64,000 nucleotides of DNA from an uncultured Rikenellaceae bacterium (GTDB lineage: Bacteria; Bacteroidota; Bacteroidia; Bacteroidales; VadinHA17): assembly GCA_964638545.1 (NCBI GenBank), contig CAZXAM010000005.1, forward strand, positions 30,847 through 94,846, in the 5' to 3' direction. How positions within the stretch are numbered: the first letter of the stretch is position 1; every line of letters begins with the position of its first letter. The translations under genes were made by a program, and so were the position numbers. Under the pieces are notes generated by a model. The model searched no databases. It had not been told where the DNA came from and worked only from the letters and a program-made list of their open reading frames with translations. Below are positions 39,010 to 48,251 of this stretch, piece by piece.

Positions 39010-40254
39010 ATGAACCTTCCATATTTCATAGCACAGCGTCTTATAAAGGGACGGGAAGAAGGAACCTCCTTCTCGAAACCAATAAATGTGATCGCTGTAA
39101 TAGGCATTTCTGTTGGTCTTGCTGTTATGATCCTGGCGGTCGCAATATTAACAGGTTTCAAGCAGCAGATACGCGAAAAGGTCATCGGATTCGGTTCACA
39201 TATTCAGATTGTAAATTACGATTCAAACTTTTCCCTGGAGACGGTACCGATCAGTGAAGGCCAGGATTTTGTTTCGAAGATCAGAAACATAAAAGGAATA
39301 GACCATGTACAGGTATTTGCCACCAAGGCAGGGATAATCAAGACGGAAGATGAGATCCAGGGTGTTTTGCTGAAAGGTGTCGGAAGCGATTTTGACTGGG
39401 GATATTTCGCCAGCAGTATTGTTGATGGAGATATTTTCAGGGTTAACGATACTGCCCGCACCAATATGGTTATTATCTCAAAGAAGATCTCTGACATGCT
39501 GAAGCTTAAAACCGGAGATTCATTTGCAATGTATTTCATACAGGACCCTCCCAGGCAGAGGAAATTCACAGTAAGCGGCATTTATGAAACTAACCTTGAG
39601 GAATTTGACAAGGTATACGTATTCTGCGATATAAACCACATCAAGAGTCTTAACGGATGGAAGGACGACCAGGTAAGCGGATTCGAGATATTCATTGACG
39701 ACTTTGACAGACTTGAAGAGATGACCCTGGCTGTAAGCGATGCAGTCGGCTACAAGGTAATTGAAGGTGAGGAAAAGTTCAAGGTTGTGAACATCAGGAT
39801 GAAATATCCCCAGATATTCGACTGGCTGAACTTCCAGGATGTAAATGTCATTATAATAATCCTGCTGATGATAGTGGTTGCCGGATTCAATATGATTTCC
39901 GGTCTGCTGATCCTCATCCTGGAGAAGACAAACATGATCGGGATCATGAAAGCCCTCGGTTCGGATGACGTCACAATACGCAGGATCTTTTTGTATCAGG
40001 CAGCGTGGCTTATAGGCAAAGGGCTGTTCTGGGGGAACATAATCGGCATCGGCCTTGCACTGATTCAGCTTAAGACCGGACTTGTCACACTTGACCCTTC
40101 CTCATATTACCTCAAGACAGTGCCTGTCAATTTCAGCATCCTCCACATCCTGCTTCTGAATGCAGGAACAATGGCTGTCATAATATTTATCCTGCTTGTC
40201 CCTTCCAAACTGATAAGCAGGATAACGCCGGTCAAAGCAATCAGGTACGATTGA
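39010..40254 (+). CDS. FtsX-like ABC transporter permease (LolC/LolE-like)
   Basis: The N-terminus is MNLPYFIAQRLIKG, followed by a TM, a periplasmic domain and a C-terminal 3-TM FtsX block. The ORF track start 38971 is probably an upstream extension. Confidence 0.75.
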   Translation: MNLPYFIAQRLIKGREEGTSFSKPINVIAVIGISVGLAVMILAVAILTGFKQQIREKVIGFGSHIQIVNYDSNFSLETVPISEGQDFVSKIRNIKGIDHVQVFATKAGIIKTEDEIQGVLLKGVGSDFDWGYFASSIVDGDIFRVNDTARTNMVIISKKISDMLKLKTGDSFAMYFIQDPPRQRKFTVSGIYETNLEEFDKVYVFCDINHIKSLNGWKDDQVSGFEIFIDDFDRLEEMTLAVSDAVGYKVIEGEEKFKVVNIRMKYPQIFDWLNFQDVNVIIIILLMIVVAGFNMISGLLILILEKTNMIGIMKALGSDDVTIRRIFLYQAAWLIGKGLFWGNIIGIGLALIQLKTGLVTLDPSSYYLKTVPVNFSILHILLLNAGTMAVIIFILLVPSKLISRITPVKAIRYD

Positions 40255-40281
40255 TTTCCAAATCAGTCGAACTCCTCAAAA

Positions 40282-41736
40282 TCATTTGCTGGTGATCAGT
40301 GCGAGGTTATTTTCAGTTGCGGGAATGATGTTCTTATAGTGCTCGTACCTGTCGAGGATCTCCGTCACGAAATTAACTGATTCAGTCCCTCTGAAGTACC
40401 CGTTCCTTACAACAGTGTCGCTGTAATAAGCCGGCTCTGACTTTTTCAGGAGCCAGAAGGACACATTATCGTCCCACTTCCGGGGGTCCATGCCATTTTT
40501 CTCGGTCAGCTTCATTGCATCAAGAACATGACCGGGACCTGCATTGTAAGAGGCGAGAATAAACTTTAACCTTTCGGACTCATCCGGTACTTTGTCGTCG
40601 AAAATTGAGTTGAGCGATTTAATGTACAAGACCCCGGCTCTTACATTTTCCGAAGGTGAAGATTTAATGTCGATCCCGAATTTCTCGCCCGTCCGGGGCA
40701 TGATCTGCATAAGCCCGTAGGCTCCGGCCCATGATTCAACATCAGGATCAAATCGTGACTCCTGGTACATTACAGAAGCTATAAGTCTCCAATCCCAGCC
40801 TATTTCAGCGCTGGCTTTCTTTATAAGGTCGTCCCACATTGATATTTTCCCTGTGCTGAGAGAGTAATAATCGCTCTTTACTATTGTATTCGATCTTGAG
40901 TTCCTGAAATATTTAGAATACAGGAGAGCATAAGATGTGGTCTTCCGATATAGCTCAATCCAGTTGTTGAACTCATTTAGCAGTCTTTCTGAATGGTCTC
41001 TCCTCACGCCCCAGGCAACTTTCCGGGGAAAGCTGACGGGAGTATATACATCAATCCCCGGATAATATGTTGCGTTTACCGTTGCTATATTTTCATCGCA
41101 GATGGTGTACTCTATTTCACCCCTGGCCACATTCCTTATCAGGTCTTCCGACTCCAGGGGCACAGGAATAATGTTAATGGTATCTCCTATTTCATTGGCA
41201 AGGGTCTTAAGCCTGTCGAAATGGATGGAGTGTTCCTGTACATATACTGTTTTCCCTGCAAGATCGAGCTGATTTCTGATCAGATGCCTTTCAAGGGATT
41301 CCCCGGTCATCGATTTCCATGAACGCGGTTTGCGCTGTACCAGCACCTGCCTTGTTTCTAAAATAGGTTGCGTAAAACTGACAATTTTTTTCCTGTCGGA
41401 ACTTACGGTAAGCCCGATTGCAGCCATGTCAGCGTCCCCGTTATTAAGCAACCGGAATGCATGTTCAAGATGATTCTCGGTTATGATCTCAAGGTCAACA
41501 CCCAGATGTTCGGTAAATGCCCTGAGCAGCTCATAATGGAATCCCATGGGTTCGCCCCTGTACAGAAAATAATTCGTTGAGTTGAAATCCGTCACGGCGA
41601 CCAGTTTCCCCCTGTTCAAAATCGAATCAAGATCGAAGGAAATGGCTTTTGTATTTTCTGAAGGATCCGGGTTATGCTTGCAGGACGAAATGAGCGCTGC
41701 AATCAGCATCAAAAAAATGATGGTCTTTCTTATCAA
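40282..41736 (-). CDS. mltF: membrane-bound lytic murein transglycosylase F-like (SBP_bac_3 domain + SLT domain)
   Basis: A 484-aa ORF with a lipoprotein signal (LISSC), an N-terminal solute-binding-like domain, and the SLT catalytic region MYQESRFDP...GLMQIMP...YNAGPGHV. Confidence 0.8.
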   Translation of the reverse strand: MIRKTIIFLMLIAALISSCKHNPDPSENTKAISFDLDSILNRGKLVAVTDFNSTNYFLYRGEPMGFHYELLRAFTEHLGVDLEIITENHLEHAFRLLNNGDADMAAIGLTVSSDRKKIVSFTQPILETRQVLVQRKPRSWKSMTGESLERHLIRNQLDLAGKTVYVQEHSIHFDRLKTLANEIGDTINIIPVPLESEDLIRNVARGEIEYTICDENIATVNATYYPGIDVYTPVSFPRKVAWGVRRDHSERLLNEFNNWIELYRKTTSYALLYSKYFRNSRSNTIVKSDYYSLSTGKISMWDDLIKKASAEIGWDWRLIASVMYQESRFDPDVESWAGAYGLMQIMPRTGEKFGIDIKSSPSENVRAGVLYIKSLNSIFDDKVPDESERLKFILASYNAGPGHVLDAMKLTEKNGMDPRKWDDNVSFWLLKKSEPAYYSDTVVRNGYFRGTESVNFVTEILDRYEHYKNIIPATENNLALITSK

Positions 41737-41798
41737 ATGCTTTCTTTTAGTTATTACCTGTGCTTTAAAAAAAGTGGGTGCAAAGGTACAACTTTTTT

Positions 41799-43718
41799 TT
41801 AATTGTAAAACGTCCAGGCTATTCCGTATCGGAACATCCTGAAATTCTGAGGGTAATGGGGTATCATGAAGTAATCGTATCCCATCAGCCCGGAGTTCAG
41901 ATGATCGTACATAAGGAAGATCCTCGCCCGGCGAAGCTTGAGATTAAGAAAGACATTGATGAAAGGGTAGTTTCCGGAGGTAACAAGATTCTGCCTGTAA
42001 AACCTGCCTGTGGCAGGCATGTATGAATAGGGATGATAGGCAGTATAATAAATAGCATCGGCTCCGAGCTGCATGTTAAGACGGCCATTGGTTGATTTGA
42101 ATTTGAAAAGATGCTCGAAGTAGAAAGTTGAACGCGTTGAAAATAATGGAAGGTCGAGGACTTCAGCATTACTGCTCTTTTGCAGAAGTATTTCCGCATC
42201 AAGATGCAATTTCCAGGCTTTCAGCTCTTTCCTGGCCGTAACTGCTGCCACAGATAGTCCTCCCTCATGCTGCGATGGAACCGCTGCGGGTCCAAAATCA
42301 AAGTAATTGTCAATAATTGCATAGTTGAAGCTTAATTCTGTCTTCCTGGCCGGATATAAGAAAGAGGTTCCGACGTCGATCCTGAATTGCTTTTTGAGAT
42401 TGTTGTTCCATTCAAAATTATTGCTCCCCCATTTATTGTACCAGAATGAAGGTTCTGTATTGGTCAGCGATCCAGTGATCAACCATGAAGCTTCTCCTTT
42501 TTGCCATTTGAAAGTCTTGTTTATCTCACCGCTGAGGTTGAAATCACCTGCGCGGTAACCGGTGAGAAAAAGCTCTCCCTCAGCTTTCCACCCGAATTTC
42601 GTTCCTATATTATTATACAGACGTCCGACAATTACATTGCTGGTTCTGTTCCAGCTGACGGTATCGGAGTAATTGGTATCTCCGGTCGGTATGATCTGGC
42701 TGTACCTGCGAATTTCATTTCTCAGTCCTATTCCAATCCCCAGGTTCACCTTCCTTGTCGTATCGGTTACAAAGTCAAATCGCAATGTATTCCTTATGCT
42801 CCTGAAATAGAGTGAATCAAATGTGCCAAGGCTGTCGATATGAATTTCCTTATAAAATCCCGACTGAGGATACTTGTCAGAATATGAGCGTTTGTTATAA
42901 TCCATAGTGAGGATATGTGAAAATGTGCCGCTCAGTCCGGGATTGACTTTTCCTGCAGTTGCGGTACTGTCCTTAACGCCAGCTTTACTCCCTAGTGTAT
43001 AGCGCTGCACAAGAAGAACATTGCGGTTTCTCAGATCACTTGCAGCATTATTGAGACTTCCGAGATTTACCTGAACCTCCCGGGTGTCAAGCTCCTTCAA
43101 TTCATCAGCATTAATTATCCCGCCATTCTCGTAAGCCTTAAGATTATTCAGTCCTGCTGCAGCATAAAGCTTATATTTCGGTCCCGTATATGAAGTGAAG
43201 AATGTGAATGTTTTATCTTCTGAACGCTGGAAGTTGTATTGCCCAAGGCTGTAAACAATATCGTAGATAAGCCCGAAATTCAGGTACCTGTTCACATTCT
43301 GCGAATGACGGACCCTGAATGTCTGCTCCGATGTCTCCCTGGGTGCTCCGTAAGTCCAGACCATTTCAGTGAAAGGCACCTGGGTATTCATGAATACGGC
43401 ATTGTCGAAATGATGCATCAGCGGGAAATAACCACCATAAAGGAATTTATCAGGGTCTGTTATCCTGTCGAAGAAATTGATCTGATAGAAAGGCAGCCCG
43501 TAGTTTCCCAGGGTGGCATTCAGAGGGGAATACCTGTCTGTGAGCCTGTATCTGTGACACAACGAGAATACAGTATCGAAAGGCATCGGAATCTCTTCAG
43601 AAAAATCCGGTGAGAGTGTCCATTGCCTGAGTAGCTTTTTCTTCGGAGCCTCTTTTTCCTGGGCGTTCAGCCCAAGGGTTAAGCTGATCAATAATAATAT
43701 GGCTAGGCTCCGACTCAT
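41799..43718 (-). CDS. outer-membrane beta-barrel protein (putative porin family)
   Basis: A 639-aa ORF with a signal peptide and alternating amphipathic beta-strand pattern throughout. The family call is tentative. Confidence 0.5.
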   Translation of the reverse strand: MSRSLAILLLISLTLGLNAQEKEAPKKKLLRQWTLSPDFSEEIPMPFDTVFSLCHRYRLTDRYSPLNATLGNYGLPFYQINFFDRITDPDKFLYGGYFPLMHHFDNAVFMNTQVPFTEMVWTYGAPRETSEQTFRVRHSQNVNRYLNFGLIYDIVYSLGQYNFQRSEDKTFTFFTSYTGPKYKLYAAAGLNNLKAYENGGIINADELKELDTREVQVNLGSLNNAASDLRNRNVLLVQRYTLGSKAGVKDSTATAGKVNPGLSGTFSHILTMDYNKRSYSDKYPQSGFYKEIHIDSLGTFDSLYFRSIRNTLRFDFVTDTTRKVNLGIGIGLRNEIRRYSQIIPTGDTNYSDTVSWNRTSNVIVGRLYNNIGTKFGWKAEGELFLTGYRAGDFNLSGEINKTFKWQKGEASWLITGSLTNTEPSFWYNKWGSNNFEWNNNLKKQFRIDVGTSFLYPARKTELSFNYAIIDNYFDFGPAAVPSQHEGGLSVAAVTARKELKAWKLHLDAEILLQKSSNAEVLDLPLFSTRSTFYFEHLFKFKSTNGRLNMQLGADAIYYTAYHPYSYMPATGRFYRQNLVTSGNYPFINVFLNLKLRRARIFLMYDHLNSGLMGYDYFMIPHYPQNFRMFRYGIAWTFYN

Positions 43719-43757
43719 CCGGACAAAGATATAAAAAATGCCGTCGGGCTGAAATAT

Positions 43758-43787
43758 CGCTGGCGCGGATTTGCAATCCGTGCCTTT
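43758..43787. repeat. REP-like hairpin repeat, left copy
   Basis: The sequence is CGCTGGCGCGGATTTGCAATCCGTGCCTTT. It contains a 10-bp stem GGCGCGGATT/AATCCGTGCC (one G.T pair) and a 3-nt loop. Confidence 0.75.
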
Positions 43788-43829
43788 AAGACAATTTTTA
43801 TTAATTTTACTATTTTAAATCCTCGTGCT

Positions 43830-44393
43830 ATGTCGGAAAAATATAAAATCAGCGACCAGAGCAAAGCCTATTTCCTAACTCTAACAATAGTTGGCTGGCT
43901 CGATCTTTTTACCCGTAAAGATTACAAATTTCTGATAATAGATTCATTGAAATACTGCCAGAAAGAAAAAGGATTGGAAATATTTGGCTATTGCTTAATG
44001 TCGAGTCATTTACACATGATTGCCCGGGCAGGAGAGGATGAAACTTTGTCTGATATAATTCGGGCCTTTAAAAAGTTCACTTCCATATCTCTTATTAGAG
44101 CGATAATAGATGGCCCAGAAAGTCGTAAAGAATGGATGCTCGATTATTTCATGAAAGAAGCCAAGGCAAGAAAAAACACTTACTATAAGGTGTGGCAGGA
44201 GGGAAATCATCCAGTTGAGATATCATCAAATAAATTCTTTGATGAAAAATTGGATTACATCCACAATAATCCTGTTTCAGAAATGATAGTTGAAAAACCT
44301 GAGGATTATTATTTCAGTTCTGCCAGAAATTATGCCGGACACATTTGCTGCCTTGATATAATTCTTGAGTCAGTTAAACAAAGAAGCATATAA
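43830..44393 (+). CDS. IS200/IS605-family-like HUH Y1 transposase, REP-associated tyrosine transposase (RayT) type
   Basis: A 187-aa ORF with the HUH motif in CLMSSHLHMIA, a C-terminal tyrosine motif DYIHNNPV, no accompanying tnpB, and flanking inverted hairpin repeats. Confidence 0.75.
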   Translation: MSEKYKISDQSKAYFLTLTIVGWLDLFTRKDYKFLIIDSLKYCQKEKGLEIFGYCLMSSHLHMIARAGEDETLSDIIRAFKKFTSISLIRAIIDGPESRKEWMLDYFMKEAKARKNTYYKVWQEGNHPVEISSNKFFDEKLDYIHNNPVSEMIVEKPEDYYFSSARNYAGHICCLDIILESVKQRSI

Positions 44394-44399
44394 TGTAAT

Positions 44400-44413
44400 G
44401 GCACAGATTACAA
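44400..44413. repeat. REP-like half copy (5' arm)
   Basis: GGCACAGATTACAA versus GGCACGGATTACAA at 44423-44436, 13 of 14 identical. Confidence 0.5.
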
Positions 44414-44419
44414 CCGAGC

Positions 44420-44449
44420 AAAGGCACGGATTACAAATCCGCGCCAGCG
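44420..44449. repeat. REP-like hairpin repeat, right copy (inverted relative to the left copy)
   Basis: The sequence is AAAGGCACGGATTACAAATCCGCGCCAGCG. Its reverse complement matches 43758-43787 at 29 of 30 positions. Confidence 0.75.
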
Positions 44450-44485
44450 GTAATACAGGTCAACCTTTGCGAGATCGGCGAAGCC

Positions 44486-44501
44486 AAATCCGCACCAGCG
44501 G
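44486..44501. repeat. REP-like half copy (3' arm)
   Basis: AAATCCGCACCAGCGG versus AAATCCGCGCCAGCGG at 44435-44450, 15 of 16 identical. Confidence 0.5.
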
Positions 44502-44521
44502 TGATCTAGGGGTCACAGTTC

Positions 44522-46006
44522 TCAATCCACATTATCATTGAGATATGCATTATTCTCCCTCAGTACAGGTCCTTCTTCGTCATCAGAGGTCAGAGTGAAC
44601 TTCGAAAGTTTGCTGTCTGAATTCTTGTCGGTGGGATTTAGCAGCATGTTCCGGCGTATATATGCAGGAACATCCTCGAATGTATCAATATTTTCCTTCA
44701 TGGTTTTATTGGAGAGCCCCTCCTTCTTCAGGATCTTCTGCATGTGTTTCACCTTCTTCAGAGTGCTGTCGCTGTTTTCCTCCGGATCTTTCTCATTCCC
44801 TTCGGAATTGTCCCTCAGTGAGGTTATGCCATCACCGGCGATCTGTCCGAAATCGATGGTTCCCTGCGATTCTTCTTCAAAATCAGCAATAATTGATTTA
44901 CGCTTCTTTTCAACGACTTTCATTTCTCCCTCCGTTCTTTCTGTTATAAGTTTTGGCGGCACAAGAGTGTTGTCCATGAAAAGTTCAACTCTGCTTTTCT
45001 TTCCCGGTTTGTAAGGCTGAAATATGCTGTTTGCCTCAAATCCTGTTGCTATCACGATAACGCTGATGTTCTCCCCAAGGCTTTCGTCCTGCGATAATCC
45101 CCTTATAATCAATGCATCATCGGATGCAGCATCATACATATAGTCTGTTATCTCGCCCAGCTCATCCATTGTAAGCTCGTGTTCTTCCTTTCCTGATGCA
45201 ATATTTATAAGGATGCTCTTTGCTCCGGTGATATCGTTAGAGTTAAGCAGCGGTGAAGCAAGTGCATTCTCGATTGCCCTTATAGCCCTGTTCTCGCCTG
45301 AAGCCATGCCCATTCCCATAATTGCGACTCCGGAATTTTTCATTACAGTCTCAACATCGGCAAAATCCACGTTGATATAACCTGTAACAGTGATGATCTC
45401 AGCAATACCCTTTACTGCAGTGGTAAGGACATCATCAGCCATTGAAAAAGCGCTGGATACTCCCTGGTTGCCGTATATCTCCCGCAGTTTTTCGTTGTTG
45501 ATGACAAGGAGGGAATCGACATGATCCTTAAGCTCGGTTATTCCGTCAATGGCATACCTGATCCTTACCTTGCCTTCCGACTTGAATGGAATAGTGACAA
45601 CTGCAATTGTCAGCAGGCCTGCTTCCCTGCAGGCTTTGGCGATGACAGGGATAGCTCCAGTGCCGGTGCCTCCCCCCATCCCCGTTGTTATGAAAACCAT
45701 CCGGGTGTTGCCTCCGAGTGCTTTCATAACGTCGTCGAGATTCTCGAGGGCAGCTTTTTTGCCTTTCTCCGGCTGGCTGCCTGCACCCATTCCCTCTGTG
45801 AGAGCTTCACCGATCTGCACCTTGATCGGGACAGGGCTCTTTGCAAGAGCCTGATGGTCGGTATTGCAAACAATAAAATTCACATCCCTGATGCCTTTCT
45901 CAAACATATGATTGACGGCATTGTTTCCTCCACCGCCTATTCCGAGGACTTTGATTATCGACGATCTTTCAACAGGCAGATCAAAGTTCATTATATCGTC
46001 TGACAT
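44522..46006 (-). CDS. ftsZ: cell division protein FtsZ
   Basis: A 494-aa ORF with the tubulin signature GGGTGTGAIPVIA and the N-terminal IKVLGIGGGGNNAVNHM. It has a long acidic/low-complexity linker and a conserved C-terminal peptide (DVPAYIRR). Confidence 0.95.
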   Translation of the reverse strand: MSDDIMNFDLPVERSSIIKVLGIGGGGNNAVNHMFEKGIRDVNFIVCNTDHQALAKSPVPIKVQIGEALTEGMGAGSQPEKGKKAALENLDDVMKALGGNTRMVFITTGMGGGTGTGAIPVIAKACREAGLLTIAVVTIPFKSEGKVRIRYAIDGITELKDHVDSLLVINNEKLREIYGNQGVSSAFSMADDVLTTAVKGIAEIITVTGYINVDFADVETVMKNSGVAIMGMGMASGENRAIRAIENALASPLLNSNDITGAKSILINIASGKEEHELTMDELGEITDYMYDAASDDALIIRGLSQDESLGENISVIVIATGFEANSIFQPYKPGKKSRVELFMDNTLVPPKLITERTEGEMKVVEKKRKSIIADFEEESQGTIDFGQIAGDGITSLRDNSEGNEKDPEENSDSTLKKVKHMQKILKKEGLSNKTMKENIDTFEDVPAYIRRNMLLNPTDKNSDSKLSKFTLTSDDEEGPVLRENNAYLNDNVD

Positions 46007-46069
46007 ATTTTTGTCTTTTTAAATGTTAAGAACAGTAAAATCCACTATTAAAACCATATCTAATACTTT

Positions 46070-47452
46070 TCAGCTGATTGACTGATCTTCCACTTCGAAC
46101 ATCTGTCTCATCATGGCCTTTATCTTTTCAGTGATCGACATCTTGCCTGACCTCTGATCATCTTCAGGTTCCTCATCCCTGAAGTCTTCCACTTCTGCCA
46201 TTTGTTCAGGCGCGCTCTCTTCAGCATATACAGGCTGGTGTGAAGGCTTCCTGTATTCTTCAGGTGTTCCGGCATTGAAAGACTGCTTGTATGTTTCAAG
46301 ATAATCAAATCCCTTCATTATAAGGCCTACGCTTGTTGCATACATGGGTTGATTGATCTCGGTCTTGCTGGTTCCGGCAAGGTGTTCGTTGGGATAACCA
46401 ATCCTGACATCCATTGCAGTCTTGAATTTCATGAGCTGCGGGAGGTGCCTTAGCATTGCTCCTCCTCCCGTAATAACGACTCCTGCAGCAAGTCTGTCAG
46501 CATATCCTGAATTCTGGATTTCAAAATTGACAAAATCAATTATCTCCTCCATTCTCGATTGTATTATATATGCCAGGCTCCTGAATGAGATCTCCTTCGG
46601 CTCCCTGCCGCTTATGCCTGGTATGGAAACAACCTTGTCTTCAGGCGCTATGTCGCCGAGAGCTGAACCATACTGGATCTTAAGCTGCTCTGCAAATCTC
46701 TGCAGGATGGCACAACCTTCCTTGATGTCTTTGGTGACTACATTTCCACCCAGCGGGACCACGGCAGTATGTCTGATAATATTGTCGTAATAGACTGCAA
46801 CATCTGTGGTTCCGCCGCCGATGTCGACAAGCACCACACCTGCCTCTTTTTCATCTTCGGTCAGTACTGCATCCGATGATGCCAGAGGCTCGAGGATCAT
46901 ATCCCTGACCTCGAGGCCGGCCTTGCGAATGCATTTCTCGATATTTTTGGCCGCAGCCACCTGACCGATCACTATATGGAAATTGGCTTCCAGGCGTCTG
47001 CCGCACATTCCTATCGGACTCTTCACTCCTGTCTCATTGTCGACTATGAAATTCTGGGGAATGACATGAATTATCTCCTCTCCGATGTCTATATGGATTT
47101 TATGCATATCCTCGATAAGCCTGAAAACTTCCTCTTTTCGAATTTCGTCTTCATAGTTCTCACGGGTTATATATCCCCTGTTCTTCATGCTCTTAATATG
47201 CTGGCCCGCAATGCCAACAAAAACTTCCGAAAACATTATTCCGGATCTTTTCTGTACATCTTCAACGGTTGTCTGGATAGCGTTTACTGTCTCCTCGATA
47301 TTCATGACAACACCTCTTTTTACGCCTTTTGAAAGGGCTTTGCTCAACCCGAGAATTTCTATTTTTCCGTTCTCGTTTTTCTTACCGACAATTGCCACAA
47401 TTTTTGTGGTTCCGATGTCGATTGCTGCTACATACTGTTCTTTCTTGCTCAT
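46070..47452 (-). CDS. ftsA: cell division protein FtsA
   Basis: A 460-aa actin-like ATPase with the motifs AIDIGTTKIVA and VLVDIGGGTTDVAV, positioned between ftsQ and ftsZ. Confidence 0.95.
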   Translation of the reverse strand: MSKKEQYVAAIDIGTTKIVAIVGKKNENGKIEILGLSKALSKGVKRGVVMNIEETVNAIQTTVEDVQKRSGIMFSEVFVGIAGQHIKSMKNRGYITRENYEDEIRKEEVFRLIEDMHKIHIDIGEEIIHVIPQNFIVDNETGVKSPIGMCGRRLEANFHIVIGQVAAAKNIEKCIRKAGLEVRDMILEPLASSDAVLTEDEKEAGVVLVDIGGGTTDVAVYYDNIIRHTAVVPLGGNVVTKDIKEGCAILQRFAEQLKIQYGSALGDIAPEDKVVSIPGISGREPKEISFRSLAYIIQSRMEEIIDFVNFEIQNSGYADRLAAGVVITGGGAMLRHLPQLMKFKTAMDVRIGYPNEHLAGTSKTEINQPMYATSVGLIMKGFDYLETYKQSFNAGTPEEYRKPSHQPVYAEESAPEQMAEVEDFRDEEPEDDQRSGKMSITEKIKAMMRQMFEVEDQSIS

Positions 47453-47471
47453 ATGAATTAAATATGGTTTC

Positions 47472-48251
47472 TCATAGTTTTTTTCTGCAAACTACCTGTC
47501 CGTTGTATTCCAGGTTAATTACCGAATATTTGTTCCATCCCACCACCGGCAATACATCCTCATAGAAAGCTTTAAGGTTATTCAGCTTGGTTTCATAATC
47601 CTCAAAGGATCCAAGGTGGATCACATGATTTCCTACCCTTGGAATAAGGTTAATCTCGTCGTTGGAGTCGACATGGATCTGGTCTATCTGCGCTGACCAG
47701 AAATTGTCCCTGCTTATGTATTTCACAAAATGGTAGGCGCCCTTCAATATTGTTCCTTTTATGAGTGTGTCGAGGACGCTTACACTGTCAAGCATGGCGG
47801 TGGTTATGTTGATATTGCCTTCGATTATATGCAATCTGGGATTGTAGAGGTTTCTTTTCCTGAACAGATAGCCCTCTTCGTCAAGGAAATAATCACCTCC
47901 TTCATCAGGGATTATTCGCATCATTGGATTACGCTGATCTACGTACAAATGAAGCACTCCGTCTGCTGTTTTATAGACTTCGGCTTCTTTAAGCTCACGC
48001 AGCCGGTCAATTCGCTTTTCAATTACCTGTGAAGAGATTTTACCAAGGGGTTGTCCCACGATCTTCCTGCTGCCTTCGTAAGCAAGGTTAAGCAGCTGCC
48101 TCTCGGTTACAAAATGATAATCAGCTGAGTCTGCAATGCTTATCACGATACCGCTGCACGGCTTGCTGCTGCTTGAAGCGGCATTGTAAACCGGCATGGC
48201 TATCAGGTATATGACAGGAATCAGAAACAATATTTTAAACAGTTTCTTCAT
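47472..48251 (-). CDS. ftsQ: cell division protein FtsQ/DivIB-like
   Basis: A 259-aa ORF with a single N-terminal TM and a POTRA-like region, in the conserved position between murC and ftsA. Confidence 0.75.
   Translation of the reverse strand: MKKLFKILFLIPVIYLIAMPVYNAASSSSKPCSGIVISIADSADYHFVTERQLLNLAYEGSRKIVGQPLGKISSQVIEKRIDRLRELKEAEVYKTADGVLHLYVDQRNPMMRIIPDEGGDYFLDEEGYLFRKRNLYNPRLHIIEGNINITTAMLDSVSVLDTLIKGTILKGAYHFVKYISRDNFWSAQIDQIHVDSNDEINLIPRVGNHVIHLGSFEDYETKLNNLKAFYEDVLPVVGWNKYSVINLEYNGQVVCRKKL

Larger units (their letters stand above)
43758..44501. mobile_element. REPtron-like unit: RayT-type Y1 transposase flanked by inverted REP-like hairpins
   Basis: See the component features. The two 30-nt flanks are reverse complements of each other, with a single difference located in the hairpin loop. 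Confidence 0.65.

Noticed and set aside
41737-41798. An A-run/T-run-flanked segment (AAAAAAAGTGGGTGCAAAGGTACAACTTTTTTTT) between mltF and the porin gene, considered as a bidirectional terminator.
   Set aside because: I could not draw a convincing GC-containing stem. Only the A/T runs pair, so I did not report it as a terminator.
44560-45010. The long acidic, low-complexity C-terminal part of FtsZ (about 150 aa), considered as a possible fused extra domain.
   Set aside because: It fits the known variable, intrinsically disordered FtsZ linker, which ends in the conserved C-terminal peptide. Long linkers are normal in several phyla.
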